A DNA stretch of 64,000 nucleotides from Candidatus Omnitrophota bacterium (GCA_018825985.1 JAHKAP010000071.1:7556-71555); one strand, 5' to 3'. Shown: positions 48,656 to 58,308, counted from the stretch's first letter. A program made the numbers and translations. Notes: a model not told the origin generated them from the letters alone.

Positions 48656-51600
48656 CTATTTCTGGTCAAAAGTCTCCCAGGTAACAATATACTTTCTTAC
48701 TTTTTCAGCATCCCCGTCTTTAGGCGAAATCACTAAATATTTCTTAAAATAATTAAGGGCCTTAGGCCTATCGTTTAAGTATTCGCCGTAAATCACACCC
48801 AGGTTATAGAGGCTTTCCGCGTCATTCTCCTTTACCTCCAGGACCTTCTCAAATTCAGCGATCGCCCTCTGATATTCCTGATTTTGGGTATATAAAACTC
48901 CCAGGTTATAATGCAAAGTCGCATTCTCCTGAGGCAATTTGCTATACCTCTTTTTAAGGTTCCGGTTCTGGTCGTTTAGCGATTTATACTTTTCTTCCAT
49001 TTGTATATAATCATGCTTCAGCTTAATAAACTCCTCCTGCATCGATTTAACTTGTCCTTCAAGCTCCTGTTTTCCTTTTACCTTCTGCTGATAATCCTGG
49101 TTCTGTTTGCTGTATTCCTGGCTTTTTAATATCAAGGCCTGCTGGGCGGCCTCGGATTCCCTGAATCTCTTTTCTGTCTGCTCTAAGGTATCCTGGAGCT
49201 TCTCTTTCACGGCCACCAAATCCAAATATTGCTGCCTTAAATTAGTAGTCTTCTGGGAACCATTAACATATTCATCCTTTAAAAACGCGTTCTGCTGGAC
49301 TAATTTTTTATTTTCATCCTCCAGCATGATCTTTTGGCTTTCCAAACCCTTGAGCTGCTCAGTGATCTGCTTTTGCTGAGACTGAAAAGATTCTTTATCC
49401 TGGGTCAATTGCTTAATCAAATCCTGAGAGAATTCAATGTCTTTCTGCAGTTTAGCGATCCTTTCATTTAAAACCTGGTTTTCGGAATCTCTCTGGGATT
49501 TCAGCTGAGCCAATTGGACGCTCGCCTGGCTGTATTGTTCTTTTAATTGTATACTCAGCGCTGAGGACTCCTCATATTGTTTATTGACTTTCAGGTACTG
49601 ATCCTTAGTCTGACTCATCCCGCCTTCAGTTTTAGCCAATTGCTGACGCAATTGCTCGGATTCCCTATCCTGCTCATAAAGTTTAGCTGAAAGTTCCTGC
49701 TTCTGCTGACTCAAGCTGGATACCTGATTTTGCAAGGAATTGATACTTTCATTAAGCTTAGAAAAGTCGCGTTCCAGATTCTGACTTTTAAGGGTCGCAG
49801 TTTGAGAATCTCTCTCCAGGCTGTTTTTCTGATTAGTTAACTCCTTAACCCTATTATTAAGCTGAGCCTGCTGACTAAGCAGGTTATCTTTATCAACAGT
49901 TAATTGCCGGGATAGATCCTGGAAGAATTTTACATCATTTAAAGCCCGGCCGGATTTCTCCATAATAACAGCCAACTCTTTATCCTTATCCAGTTTTAGC
50001 TGATTTAACTGAGTTTCTTTTTCAGTTCGGAACTTTATCAAGGCATCCTCATAAAGGTTAAGCCTGGCTTTTTGATCCGAGAGGTCCTTATTTAAAGACT
50101 TTACTTGGTCTTCAGACTTCTTTTTCGATTCCTGGCTAGAATTCAATAATTGGGTGATCTGCTCAAGCTGGGACTGGGAAGCCTTAAGGGCGTCATTGAG
50201 TTTAGAGCGCTCAGCGTCAAGAGACTGTTCCTTGGCTAAGAGCGATTGATTCTGTTTACTGAGCTGGTTGAATTCAGCGTCTTTCTGGGCCTTAAGCTCA
50301 GTGAGTTCTTTTTCTTTCTGGGATTTAAGCTGAGTGAATTGGTCATTTGCCAGGGCGAGCTCTTTCTCCTTCTGAGATTTTAAATCTAAGAGGTCCTTCT
50401 CTTTCTGGCTGGCCAAGGCGCTTAGCTCTTTATCTTTCTGGGATTTAAGCTGAGTGAGCTGGTTACTTAAATTATCCAGTTGTTTCTTAAGGTTAGCGGA
50501 TTCATTTATTGCGCTGGATTTAGTCTCATCAACCTTGGCTAACTGTTTACTGATCTGCTCAAGCTGGGACTGGGAAGCCTTAAGGGCGTCATTGAGTTTA
50601 GAGCGCTCCGCGTCAAGAGACTGTTCCTTGGCTAAGAGCGATTGGTTCTGTTTACTGAGCTGGTTGAATTCAGCGTCTTTCTGGGCCTTAAGCTCAGAGA
50701 GTTCTTTTTCTTTCTGGGCCTGAAACTTTTCCAGTTGCGAATCTTTTTGAGTCTTAAGATTAGCCAGTGTATTCTGGTAAATATTTAGGTTATCCTTAGC
50801 CTCCTGGTACTGTTTTTTCAAAACATTATAATCATTCTGGGCCAGGGTGAGCGCGTCCTGAGAAACTTGAGTATCTCTCTGCAGAGCAGCAACCTTATCT
50901 TTAAGGCTGATTAGTTCCGGCTCCTTTGAATTTTTATATAATGTAAATTGTTCATTCAATTTAGCTAATTCAGCGTCTTTTTGGGATTTTATCTGTTCGG
51001 CCTGGCCGCTTACCCTATCCAGATCTTTCTCTCTCTGAGCCTTAAGTTGAGTGAACTGGGAAGTCAAATCATCAATCTGCTTAAGCAGACGGCTATTATC
51101 TTCTTTTAAGCGGGCTGAATCTTGTTTCAGTTGAACAGCCTCTTGATCTTTCTTGGACTTGGCCTGATTTATTGCTTCTTCTTTTTGGCGGTCATAATCC
51201 GACAATAGAGCGTGTAATTGAACCAGCTGGCCGTCTAATACCGTTAATTCATCTTCTTTCTGAGCTTTGATCGCTTCGATATCTTTATCTTTTTGAGCTT
51301 TCGATTGAACAAACTGAACATTCAGCTCATTCAACTGTTGTTTTAAACGGGAATTTTCTCCTAAGGCCTGAGCCTGATACGCCTCTAACCCGGAAACCTT
51401 TTGTTTAACCTGCTCAAACTGCTGCTGGGTATTACGCAGCTGTTCTTCTAATGGCTGGTATTTTTTATTTAAATCTTGATTCTCCCGCTCTAAAGATATC
51501 TTTTGCTCATAAAGGGAGTTTGATTGTTCATTTAATTTATAATATTCTTTTTTAAGCTTTTCATATTCCTCGCTAATCTTAGGGTCGGATTGTTTACTTT

Positions 51601-52348
51601 TTTCTGCCAATTTGGCATTCTTCGATTCCAATTCTTTAGCAATCTTATTCTTTGTCTCCTCAACATTTGCCAAGTCACTAAGGGCCTGCTGAAGAGTATC
51701 GTTGAGCTCCTTGCCCTGTTTATCCAGATCGCTTACCTGGGCGAGCAGCCTCTGCTTCTCCTGGTCTGACTGAGCTAATTCCTTATTTAACTGCTTTAGT
51801 TTCTGGTCGCTTTGGGCATTCAGATCCTCATACCTTCCGGTTAGCTCATCCTGCTGCTTCCTGAGTTTATTCAATTCCTCGCGCATTTGATCAAGCTGCT
51901 TCTGACGCTCCTGAAGTTGTTTGGTAAAATCTTCGGCCTTGCCGGCAGATTCCTGATCAACCCTAACATTAGCTAACTGTTCAGAAAGAGTGGCATATTC
52001 ATTCTGGAGGTTCTGGCGCTCTCGCTCGATCGCTTGTTTATCTTTTTCCAAAGCTAGCCTCTGGGCATGCAATTCTTTCAATTGGGAGGATAATTGTTTC
52101 TGTTGAGCTTCAAGAACCTCCTTCTCCCCGATCAATTGCCGGTTTAGTTCTTTAGACGTCCGAAGGTCTTTTTCCAGCTGATTGGTTTTAGCGCCTTGAG
52201 CCTCCTGTTTAGAAACCTGGCCTGAAGTATCAGTCTGGGCAAAAGCCTGCCTGCCAGCAGGTAATCCAACCTGTTGGAATATTAAACCGATAAAAACGAA
52301 TAGCCGGATAAAATTCTGAATAAGTAAATCGCGCATTTTTTTCCTCAT
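48656..52348 (-). CDS. 1230-aa exported coiled-coil protein with C-terminal TPRs (long paralog)
   Basis: Signal peptide AFA-Q; ~1100 aa coiled coil; HYNLGVLY...YNLGVIY. Confidence 0.85.
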   Translation of the reverse strand: MRKKMRDLLIQNFIRLFVFIGLIFQQVGLPAGRQAFAQTDTSGQVSKQEAQGAKTNQLEKDLRTSKELNRQLIGEKEVLEAQQKQLSSQLKELHAQRLALEKDKQAIERERQNLQNEYATLSEQLANVRVDQESAGKAEDFTKQLQERQKQLDQMREELNKLRKQQDELTGRYEDLNAQSDQKLKQLNKELAQSDQEKQRLLAQVSDLDKQGKELNDTLQQALSDLANVEETKNKIAKELESKNAKLAEKSKQSDPKISEEYEKLKKEYYKLNEQSNSLYEQKISLERENQDLNKKYQPLEEQLRNTQQQFEQVKQKVSGLEAYQAQALGENSRLKQQLNELNVQFVQSKAQKDKDIEAIKAQKEDELTVLDGQLVQLHALLSDYDRQKEEAINQAKSKKDQEAVQLKQDSARLKEDNSRLLKQIDDLTSQFTQLKAQREKDLDRVSGQAEQIKSQKDAELAKLNEQFTLYKNSKEPELISLKDKVAALQRDTQVSQDALTLAQNDYNVLKKQYQEAKDNLNIYQNTLANLKTQKDSQLEKFQAQKEKELSELKAQKDAEFNQLSKQNQSLLAKEQSLDAERSKLNDALKASQSQLEQISKQLAKVDETKSSAINESANLKKQLDNLSNQLTQLKSQKDKELSALASQKEKDLLDLKSQKEKELALANDQFTQLKSQKEKELTELKAQKDAEFNQLSKQNQSLLAKEQSLDAERSKLNDALKASQSQLEQITQLLNSSQESKKKSEDQVKSLNKDLSDQKARLNLYEDALIKFRTEKETQLNQLKLDKDKELAVIMEKSGRALNDVKFFQDLSRQLTVDKDNLLSQQAQLNNRVKELTNQKNSLERDSQTATLKSQNLERDFSKLNESINSLQNQVSSLSQQKQELSAKLYEQDRESEQLRQQLAKTEGGMSQTKDQYLKVNKQYEESSALSIQLKEQYSQASVQLAQLKSQRDSENQVLNERIAKLQKDIEFSQDLIKQLTQDKESFQSQQKQITEQLKGLESQKIMLEDENKKLVQQNAFLKDEYVNGSQKTTNLRQQYLDLVAVKEKLQDTLEQTEKRFRESEAAQQALILKSQEYSKQNQDYQQKVKGKQELEGQVKSMQEEFIKLKHDYIQMEEKYKSLNDQNRNLKKRYSKLPQENATLHYNLGVLYTQNQEYQRAIAEFEKVLEVKENDAESLYNLGVIYGEYLNDRPKALNYFKKYLVISPKDGDAEKVRKYIVTWETFDQK
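50155..50718. repeat. Intragenic 168-bp direct repeat (50155-50322 and 50551-50718)
   Basis: Three mismatches seen by eye; offset 396 bp, in frame. Confidence 0.9.
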
Positions 52349-52386
52349 AAATACTCCGTTTTTTGAAATATTAAAAGTATACTTAT

Positions 52387-52467
52387 CACGGATTACCGCG
52401 GATTATTTCACGGATTTACACGGATATATCCGTGCCTATCCGCTATTTTGATCCGTGTTTATCCGTG
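52387..52467. repeat. CACGGAT x4 / ATCCGTG x4 inverted array (family D)
   Basis: cacggatt, cgcggatt, cacggatt, cacggata, then atccgtg, atccgc, atccgtg, atccgtg. Confidence 0.9.
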
Positions 52468-52486
52468 CCATAAAATCAATTTTAGA

Positions 52487-54304
52487 TTATCTTTTCTTCA
52501 TCCCCTTTACCGTTAGAGCATTTTTGCCAGCCGGAATAAAAACTTTTGAAGCTGGATCCGGTTTCTCCTGAATTTCGATCTCTTTAAAATCCAAGTCTTT
52601 ATATTCCTTTATGTTTTTGATAGATTCCTTATCTGTTCCCTTACCACTGACGCCGGTAACCAGATAATCGCCGCTGATTATTTTAGGGGTGAGTAAAATC
52701 AACAACTCAGTCGTGTCCTTATCATGCGACCTGACTTTGAACAAATTCCCCAGGAAAGGAATACTTCCTAAGAAAGGCGTTTGTTGCGAACTGCTCGTCT
52801 CCTGTTCCTTACGCAATCCGCCGATAACTATAGTCGAACCATCCTTTACCATAACTGTAGTCTCCGCCAAAGAAGTATCAAGAATCGGGATCTCGTTCTT
52901 AGTGGGCGTGATCAATGTATCAATAACAGAATTAACTTCGGCCTTTACTTTCAAAGTAATAAAACCCTCATCATTAATATTAGGAACAACGGAAAGCAAA
53001 ACCCCGGTATCAATAAAATTAACCTGTTCGGCAACGGTATTTGGGCCAGTGCTGCCGGTAGTCGTAGTAGTAGTGACATAGGCATCTTTAGTCCCGACGT
53101 GGATCTTAGCCTCCTGGTTATTAACCACTACTAATTTAGGGCTGGAAAGGATTTTAGTATCTCCCAAAGTAAGTATATATTTAAAGATCACATCAAAATC
53201 CTGTTTACCTACATTACCGATATGCAACTCCTGGGCGCCGATACTCTGTTTGCCTGCCGCATAATTCGAAGCTGTCCCGGTAAAAGGGTACGAACCGGCA
53301 CCAGTGGAATTAGCCCAGACTGTACTCCTGGAGCGCCAGGCATCAGTCGCGGCTTGCACCGCGCTAAACGGATACGCGCCCACATAAGACATACCGTATT
53401 TCCTGGCTACATCAAATATACCCTCCCACTGCGTGCCGACACTTCCTCCGCGGGATAATTTGATTTGGATCACCCGGGTATCGATCATGACTTCTTTAGT
53501 CTGCCGGTCAAGGCCCCTTACCAATTCCTCGACCTGTTTCATCCTCTCAGGCAAAGTTTGAATAATGATATTATTGCCCCGGTCGTCCGATTTGACCAGG
53601 CCTACCCTCTTCCCATCCAGCTGAAATTTAATGGTATCTTCTATGTCTTTAGCCCTGGCGTAATTTATTCTAATGATTTTAACTATATTATTTTCCTCAA
53701 ACCCCTGCATAGCCTGTTGAATTATCTCTATCCTATCCGGAGTATCTATAATCAAAACATTGCCTGATTCAGGGTCAACCAGTATCCTGCCCACTTCGCT
53801 TTTTAGGGTATCCAGAAAGCTAAAGGCCTGTTCAGGAATGGCATATTTCAATTTAAAAACCTTGACCTGGCGCACATCCGAAAAATTCTTTCCGTAAAGC
53901 GCTTTATACTCTTCCTGGGTCATAACATTATAGATATCGCCTTTTTTATCAAAAGCCAGGTTATTGCTGCGCAACATCACGTCGAAAACGTCTTTGACAA
54001 TAGCGTTTTCCACATTCAGGGTGATCCTTCCGCTAACCGACTTATTAGTGATCAGATTTACCCCGGTCTTTACTGATAAATATTTCAGGGCATCCACGAT
54101 ATCAATATTGCGCAGGTCCAGGGTAACCTTGCCTTCTATCCCTAAGCTTAAAGGGATAATCCTTGGTTCTGGAGCAGTAGCCGAAACAGCAGGAGCCGCA
54201 GGAATAGCCGCCTGGGCCAGGTTCTTAACAGCGTCTTCCTGCGCAGGTAGATTATTTACTAAAAAAATAAACACCCAAGCGTTCAGGATAAAAAACCTTT
54301 TCAC
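52487..54304 (-). CDS. Secretin (GspD/PilQ family) (1)
   Basis: TLDLRNID, LSSPKLVVVNNQEAKIHVG, PFLGSIPFLGNLF, ELLILLTPKII. Confidence 0.92.
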   Translation of the reverse strand: MKRFFILNAWVFIFLVNNLPAQEDAVKNLAQAAIPAAPAVSATAPEPRIIPLSLGIEGKVTLDLRNIDIVDALKYLSVKTGVNLITNKSVSGRITLNVENAIVKDVFDVMLRSNNLAFDKKGDIYNVMTQEEYKALYGKNFSDVRQVKVFKLKYAIPEQAFSFLDTLKSEVGRILVDPESGNVLIIDTPDRIEIIQQAMQGFEENNIVKIIRINYARAKDIEDTIKFQLDGKRVGLVKSDDRGNNIIIQTLPERMKQVEELVRGLDRQTKEVMIDTRVIQIKLSRGGSVGTQWEGIFDVARKYGMSYVGAYPFSAVQAATDAWRSRSTVWANSTGAGSYPFTGTASNYAAGKQSIGAQELHIGNVGKQDFDVIFKYILTLGDTKILSSPKLVVVNNQEAKIHVGTKDAYVTTTTTTGSTGPNTVAEQVNFIDTGVLLSVVPNINDEGFITLKVKAEVNSVIDTLITPTKNEIPILDTSLAETTVMVKDGSTIVIGGLRKEQETSSSQQTPFLGSIPFLGNLFKVRSHDKDTTELLILLTPKIISGDYLVTGVSGKGTDKESIKNIKEYKDLDFKEIEIQEKPDPASKVFIPAGKNALTVKGMKKR

Positions 54305-55035
54305 TTTAATTCCATCTCCTCTTTATCGTAACTTAAAATTATCTTATCCTTAAAAACAGCCTGGACCTTGATCTCTCCGATGGACTGCCCTCTCTTAACA
54401 AAAAAAGTCCTTTTAGTGCCGGTATCTTCAATCATTACATCCGGGTCATCCGACCAAGATATGCCTACCAACTTCAGGTTTTTAGTCAATTCCACTATCT
54501 TTAACGGCTGTTTCTCTTCATCCTTTTGCATTGGTCCCATTTTAAAAATATCCCTCTGGCGTACTTTCTCAAGATAATATGATGAGGGTTTAATAGGAGA
54601 TAGTCCAGCCAGTCCTACCGGATTGGCAACCGCTGACTGAACCTTAAAATCCATTTGAGGGATTTTATTAACATTGATCATTGAAAATGAGAAATTTCCG
54701 GCAAAGTATACAGCCAGGATAAAAATCCCTAAATACATAAATCTATTAACTAACTTTATAACATCGGACTGGGATTGACCGACTTTAGACCATTTCTTAA
54801 ATTGGCCTTTAAAAAAAGAGAGCCTACCAATCCAGGCCTCTACGGAAAACAAACTAAGATTACGGTGCTGGAGAGCATAATCCTCAGCGGTCTTGGCAAT
54901 AATTTTCGGCTTAAGGCTAGACCCGTCTTCTATTATCGCCGCAGCGGGAGAAACCGCTTTTTTATTCTGCGATTCCTGCCCTTCTATAAGGCTTAATAAC
55001 TGTTTTTCTGGACTAAGGGATTTGTCTTGTGCCAT
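54301..55035 (-). CDS. GspC/PilP-like membrane-anchored protein
   Basis: Single TM; RDIF motif; LKLVGISW...VMIED...FVKRGQSIG HR-like domain. Confidence 0.65.
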   Translation of the reverse strand: MAQDKSLSPEKQLLSLIEGQESQNKKAVSPAAAIIEDGSSLKPKIIAKTAEDYALQHRNLSLFSVEAWIGRLSFFKGQFKKWSKVGQSQSDVIKLVNRFMYLGIFILAVYFAGNFSFSMINVNKIPQMDFKVQSAVANPVGLAGLSPIKPSSYYLEKVRQRDIFKMGPMQKDEEKQPLKIVELTKNLKLVGISWSDDPDVMIEDTGTKRTFFVKRGQSIGEIKVQAVFKDKIILSYDKEEMELK

Positions 55036-55868
55036 CCTGATTTAACCTCATCATCTATAAGTTCTTTGGCCAACGCTGCGTCTACCACAAATTTATTTTG
55101 CAGCACCATATGCTTTAAGGCCTTGTGGCAAAACATGGTGATCTGGCGCGGATATCCTCGGCTGTATTGATAGATCTCCTTTATCGCCTCATCAAGAAAA
55201 ATATGCATATTTGACTTATATCCTGCCTGCCTGATCCGGAATTCTATCATCTCCCTTACTTCATCAATATCTAAAGGGTTTAAGGTATATTTAAAACTGA
55301 TCCGATCAAAAAAATTGGGCATACTGATTATTTTAGCGTGAAGTTCCAGCTGGCCCAAAAGGACAAGTTGCAGCAGTTTATATGAATTAGTCTCGTAATT
55401 AAGCAGGACTCTCAAAACCTCCATTGAGCTCTCGCTCAATTTCTGGGCCTCATCGACGATCAGGGTAACGATCTTATTTTCAGTTACGCCCTTCTGGAAA
55501 AGAAAACGCTCGAAAGACTCTCTTAGGTCCAATATATTTACCGGTTTACCCTCTAACACGGGATTATTTATTTCAAAATCCCTGGCCAGAGATGTAAGAA
55601 AAAGTTCCTCGCTTTCAAAAGTAGGATCAAGCACAATATTAAATATAAAATCATCCCGGTCCTTCAGCTCCTGGATCAATTTACGGGAGAGGGTAGTCTT
55701 GCCGGTCCCGATATCGCCCAAAATTACGCTCAAACCCCTTCTTAAGCGTAATTCTATTAAAATATTGGTCATTGCCCGCTCGTGCTCTTTTGACAGATAA
55801 AAGAACTCCGGGTCAGGACTAGTAGAAAACGGCTCTTTTTCAAAACCCAATATTTTAAAATAACTCAT
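54993..55868 (-). CDS. ExeA/GspA-type AAA ATPase (1)
   Basis: EPFSTSPDP, GDIGTGKTT, VDEAQ, GQLEL, GYPRQI. Confidence 0.9.
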   Translation of the reverse strand: MSYFKILGFEKEPFSTSPDPEFFYLSKEHERAMTNILIELRLRRGLSVILGDIGTGKTTLSRKLIQELKDRDDFIFNIVLDPTFESEELFLTSLARDFEINNPVLEGKPVNILDLRESFERFLFQKGVTENKIVTLIVDEAQKLSESSMEVLRVLLNYETNSYKLLQLVLLGQLELHAKIISMPNFFDRISFKYTLNPLDIDEVREMIEFRIRQAGYKSNMHIFLDEAIKEIYQYSRGYPRQITMFCHKALKHMVLQNKFVVDAALAKELIDDEVKSGWHKTNPLVQKNSY

Positions 55869-55902
55869 ATTTTTAACAAAGCGCTGAAAAAATAACTTTT
55901 GG

Positions 55903-55982
55903 CACGGATATACACGGATATAAATAACGGATCGACACGGATAATCCGCGGGAATCCGTTAATAGATCAGTGTACATCCGTG
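55903..55982. repeat. Family D array, inverted relative to the 52387 copy
   Basis: cacggat, cacggat, aacggat, cacggat, then atccgcg, atccgtt, atcagtg, atccgtg. Confidence 0.9.
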
Positions 55983-56008
55983 TAAAAAATAATTTATTGA
56001 TCATCTCT

Positions 56009-57043
56009 TTAACTAATCTGCCAGACAGGACTTATCCTGGCCTCTTCTTGTAACTTCTGGATCCAAGCTCCCAGGCCTTCATATTTCTTGCGGTTTTCAA
56101 CTTTTTTATAATACCCATCCCGCACCTTTGTAAATTCATTCTCATCGGCAACCTTTTTATCCAAAATCCGGAAAACCCCGTACCCCTTGTATATCGGTGT
56201 AGGCGGATAAACAGAATAAATCTCCATTTTAATCATTTTATACAAATCTTCCGAAGGCACTTTCCACATATCTATAAGGAATTCAAAAGCCACAAATCCC
56301 AGCCGCTTGGAAAATTTAGGGTTGGATTTAGCCTCCTGATCCCAAAGAGCCGAATCTTTCATTTTACCATAAAAATCCTGGGCGCTCTTGAGGTCCTCAA
56401 ACTGCACCAATTCCAGGCCGATAGTGTTATACTCGTTTCTGAATTCCTGGCGCAATTCATCTTCACTGATCTCGGGTTTTATGCTATCCAGGACCTGCTT
56501 GCGCAACTTATCCAACTGAATAAGATGCCGCAATTGGTTTTCAAATACCTCCACCGGCTCTCTCAACTTATCACTGACCCACATCGTATAGGCGTTACGG
56601 TTCTGTTTCCAATTAAAATTAATCTTGGAATTATCCAATACCCTAGTGATCTGTTCCTCCAGTTCCTGGGGCTCAACATTAATACCCCTGCGGAATGCCT
56701 CAAAAGAAAGAAGCAATTGCTCCCATATCTGGTTCTCTAACTCTTCATCATTATTAACCGGAGTACCCCATTGATTTCCAAATACTAATATCGCGCCCTT
56801 TATAAAATTATAATTATTGGCCGGGATTTTTATCCCCCAGCCTATGAATTCGCCGGCAAAGGTATTCTCAACATTAAGCTGGGCTGCCGGTTTACTTTCA
56901 GCAGGCTTCTCTGGTTTTACTGCTACCGAAGAAGATATATTATCCTCACTCCTGCCAGTAACAGAGTTATTCTCTTGCGCAAATGCTGCGCTCTTGGTAA
57001 ATAAAATAACCAGAAATATTGCTAAAGCGGATTTGATCATCAT
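56009..57043 (-). CDS. Exported SurA/PrsA-like chaperone (divergent parvulin-like)
   Basis: Signal peptide AFA-Q; LLLSFEAFRRGINV and ISEDELRQEF SurA-N-like segments; PIYKGYGVFRIL. Confidence 0.55.
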   Translation of the reverse strand: MMIKSALAIFLVILFTKSAAFAQENNSVTGRSEDNISSSVAVKPEKPAESKPAAQLNVENTFAGEFIGWGIKIPANNYNFIKGAILVFGNQWGTPVNNDEELENQIWEQLLLSFEAFRRGINVEPQELEEQITRVLDNSKINFNWKQNRNAYTMWVSDKLREPVEVFENQLRHLIQLDKLRKQVLDSIKPEISEDELRQEFRNEYNTIGLELVQFEDLKSAQDFYGKMKDSALWDQEAKSNPKFSKRLGFVAFEFLIDMWKVPSEDLYKMIKMEIYSVYPPTPIYKGYGVFRILDKKVADENEFTKVRDGYYKKVENRKKYEGLGAWIQKLQEEARISPVWQIS

Positions 57044-57046
57044 AAA

Positions 57047-57295
57047 CTAAACTCCCAACAATTTCCTGCGGATCAGATATAAAGAATAACCTTCGCTGGC
57101 TAAACGGGTTATAACCGAAAGCCTTTTCCTAACCTGGCAGGAATCGTAAAAACGGATATTCCCTTTTTTAAGGGCAACTGAGAATAAACCTAGGTCGGTA
57201 TAGTGATTTACTGTCTGGTAAGATATGTGGTATTTATTGATTATTTCTTTGACTGAGATGTTCTTATGATTCTTTTGGTTTTTGGTTTTATACAT
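57047..57295 (-). CDS. Small MerR-type HTH protein (1)
   Basis: ISYQTVNHYTDLGLF...GNIRFY...EGYSLYLIR; ATG at 57295. Confidence 0.8.
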   Translation of the reverse strand: MYKTKNQKNHKNISVKEIINKYHISYQTVNHYTDLGLFSVALKKGNIRFYDSCQVRKRLSVITRLASEGYSLYLIRRKLLGV

Positions 57296-57413
57296 TGGCA
57301 AAGGCAAATTTAGCCCGCGCCTTTTTGGTGCTTAATCGCATTAAACATTCTCCTGATTTATAACAATTTAAGTATATAAAAGGTGCGCAGCTTATCATAA
57401 CTACCATAAGTCT

Positions 57414-57443
57414 AATATATATCAAATATTTTGGTTTTGTCAA
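57414..57443 (-). promoter_or_regulatory. Sigma70-type promoter
   Basis: Minus strand TTGACA-16 nt-TATATA (preceded by TGn), or 18 nt-TATATT, in the rsmA/MerR intergenic gap. Confidence 0.65.
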
Positions 57444-57489
57444 GCCTAAAATACTTATTTTTCAATAAGATAGGTAAATTTGCCTAAAG

Positions 57490-58308
57490 CTAAAAATCAG
57501 GGATAAAATCAGATAAACTCGCGAAACTATCCAGGCTAAGGTCCTGAGGCCGGATGTTAGGATCAATATTATGCTCAGCGAAAAAAATATTCAAGTTATC
57601 TTGTGTCGCTAAATTTTCCAGGCTGTTTCTTAACGTCTTCCTTCTTTGATTAAACGCGGCCCGGATTATCGTGAAAAGCTTTTCTTCATTTTTTACATTT
57701 ACCGCAGGGGTTGCGCGAATATCCAGCCGTATTAGACAAGAATCAACTTTTGGCATAGGCCGAAAACATGACCTTTTAATCATAAAAACTATTTTTGGGC
57801 AGGTAAAATACTGGATAAAGCAGCTGAGCGATCCATAATCCTTAGAACCTTCTAATGAAACTATCCGCCGGGCAAACTCCTTTTGCACGGTAAGAAAAAC
57901 TACATCTACTTTACTGCGGTTCTCCAGCAGATACTCGATAATTGGAGTAGTGATGTAATAAGGTATATTGCCGAATGCCTTGATCTTAGACTTTGCTGAT
58001 CCAAAGTGCTTCTGGAAATCGAATTTAAGGATATCCTGATTGAACAGCCTTACGTTACTTAAGTTTTTCAGGTTTTCCTTAAGCTGGGGATATAGGTCCC
58101 GGTCGATCTCCAGGGCATATACCGAAGCGGTTTTTTCAGCGACCAGTCCGGTCATCTCACCCTTACCTGCGCCTATCTCCAAAACTATATCCGACGATGA
58201 AAACGCGCAGGACGCGATTATCTTCCTGCGGATATTCTGGTCAACTAGGAAATTCTGCCCAAATCTTTTTTTTGGACGAAAAAATAGGGGGCGTTTCCGT
58301 ATTTTCAT
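57490..58308 (-). CDS. rsmA: 16S rRNA m6,2A dimethyltransferase
   Basis: PKKRFGQNFL, VLEIGAGKG, GNIPYYIT, AFNQRRKTL; start 58308 or 58374. Confidence 0.97.
   Translation of the reverse strand: MKIRKRPLFFRPKKRFGQNFLVDQNIRRKIIASCAFSSSDIVLEIGAGKGEMTGLVAEKTASVYALEIDRDLYPQLKENLKNLSNVRLFNQDILKFDFQKHFGSAKSKIKAFGNIPYYITTPIIEYLLENRSKVDVVFLTVQKEFARRIVSLEGSKDYGSLSCFIQYFTCPKIVFMIKRSCFRPMPKVDSCLIRLDIRATPAVNVKNEEKLFTIIRAAFNQRRKTLRNSLENLATQDNLNIFFAEHNIDPNIRPQDLSLDSFASLSDFIPDF

Noticed and set aside
48656-52348. SMC or phage tape-measure protein
   Set aside because: No Walker motifs or hinge; has a signal peptide and TPR tail; no phage genes nearby
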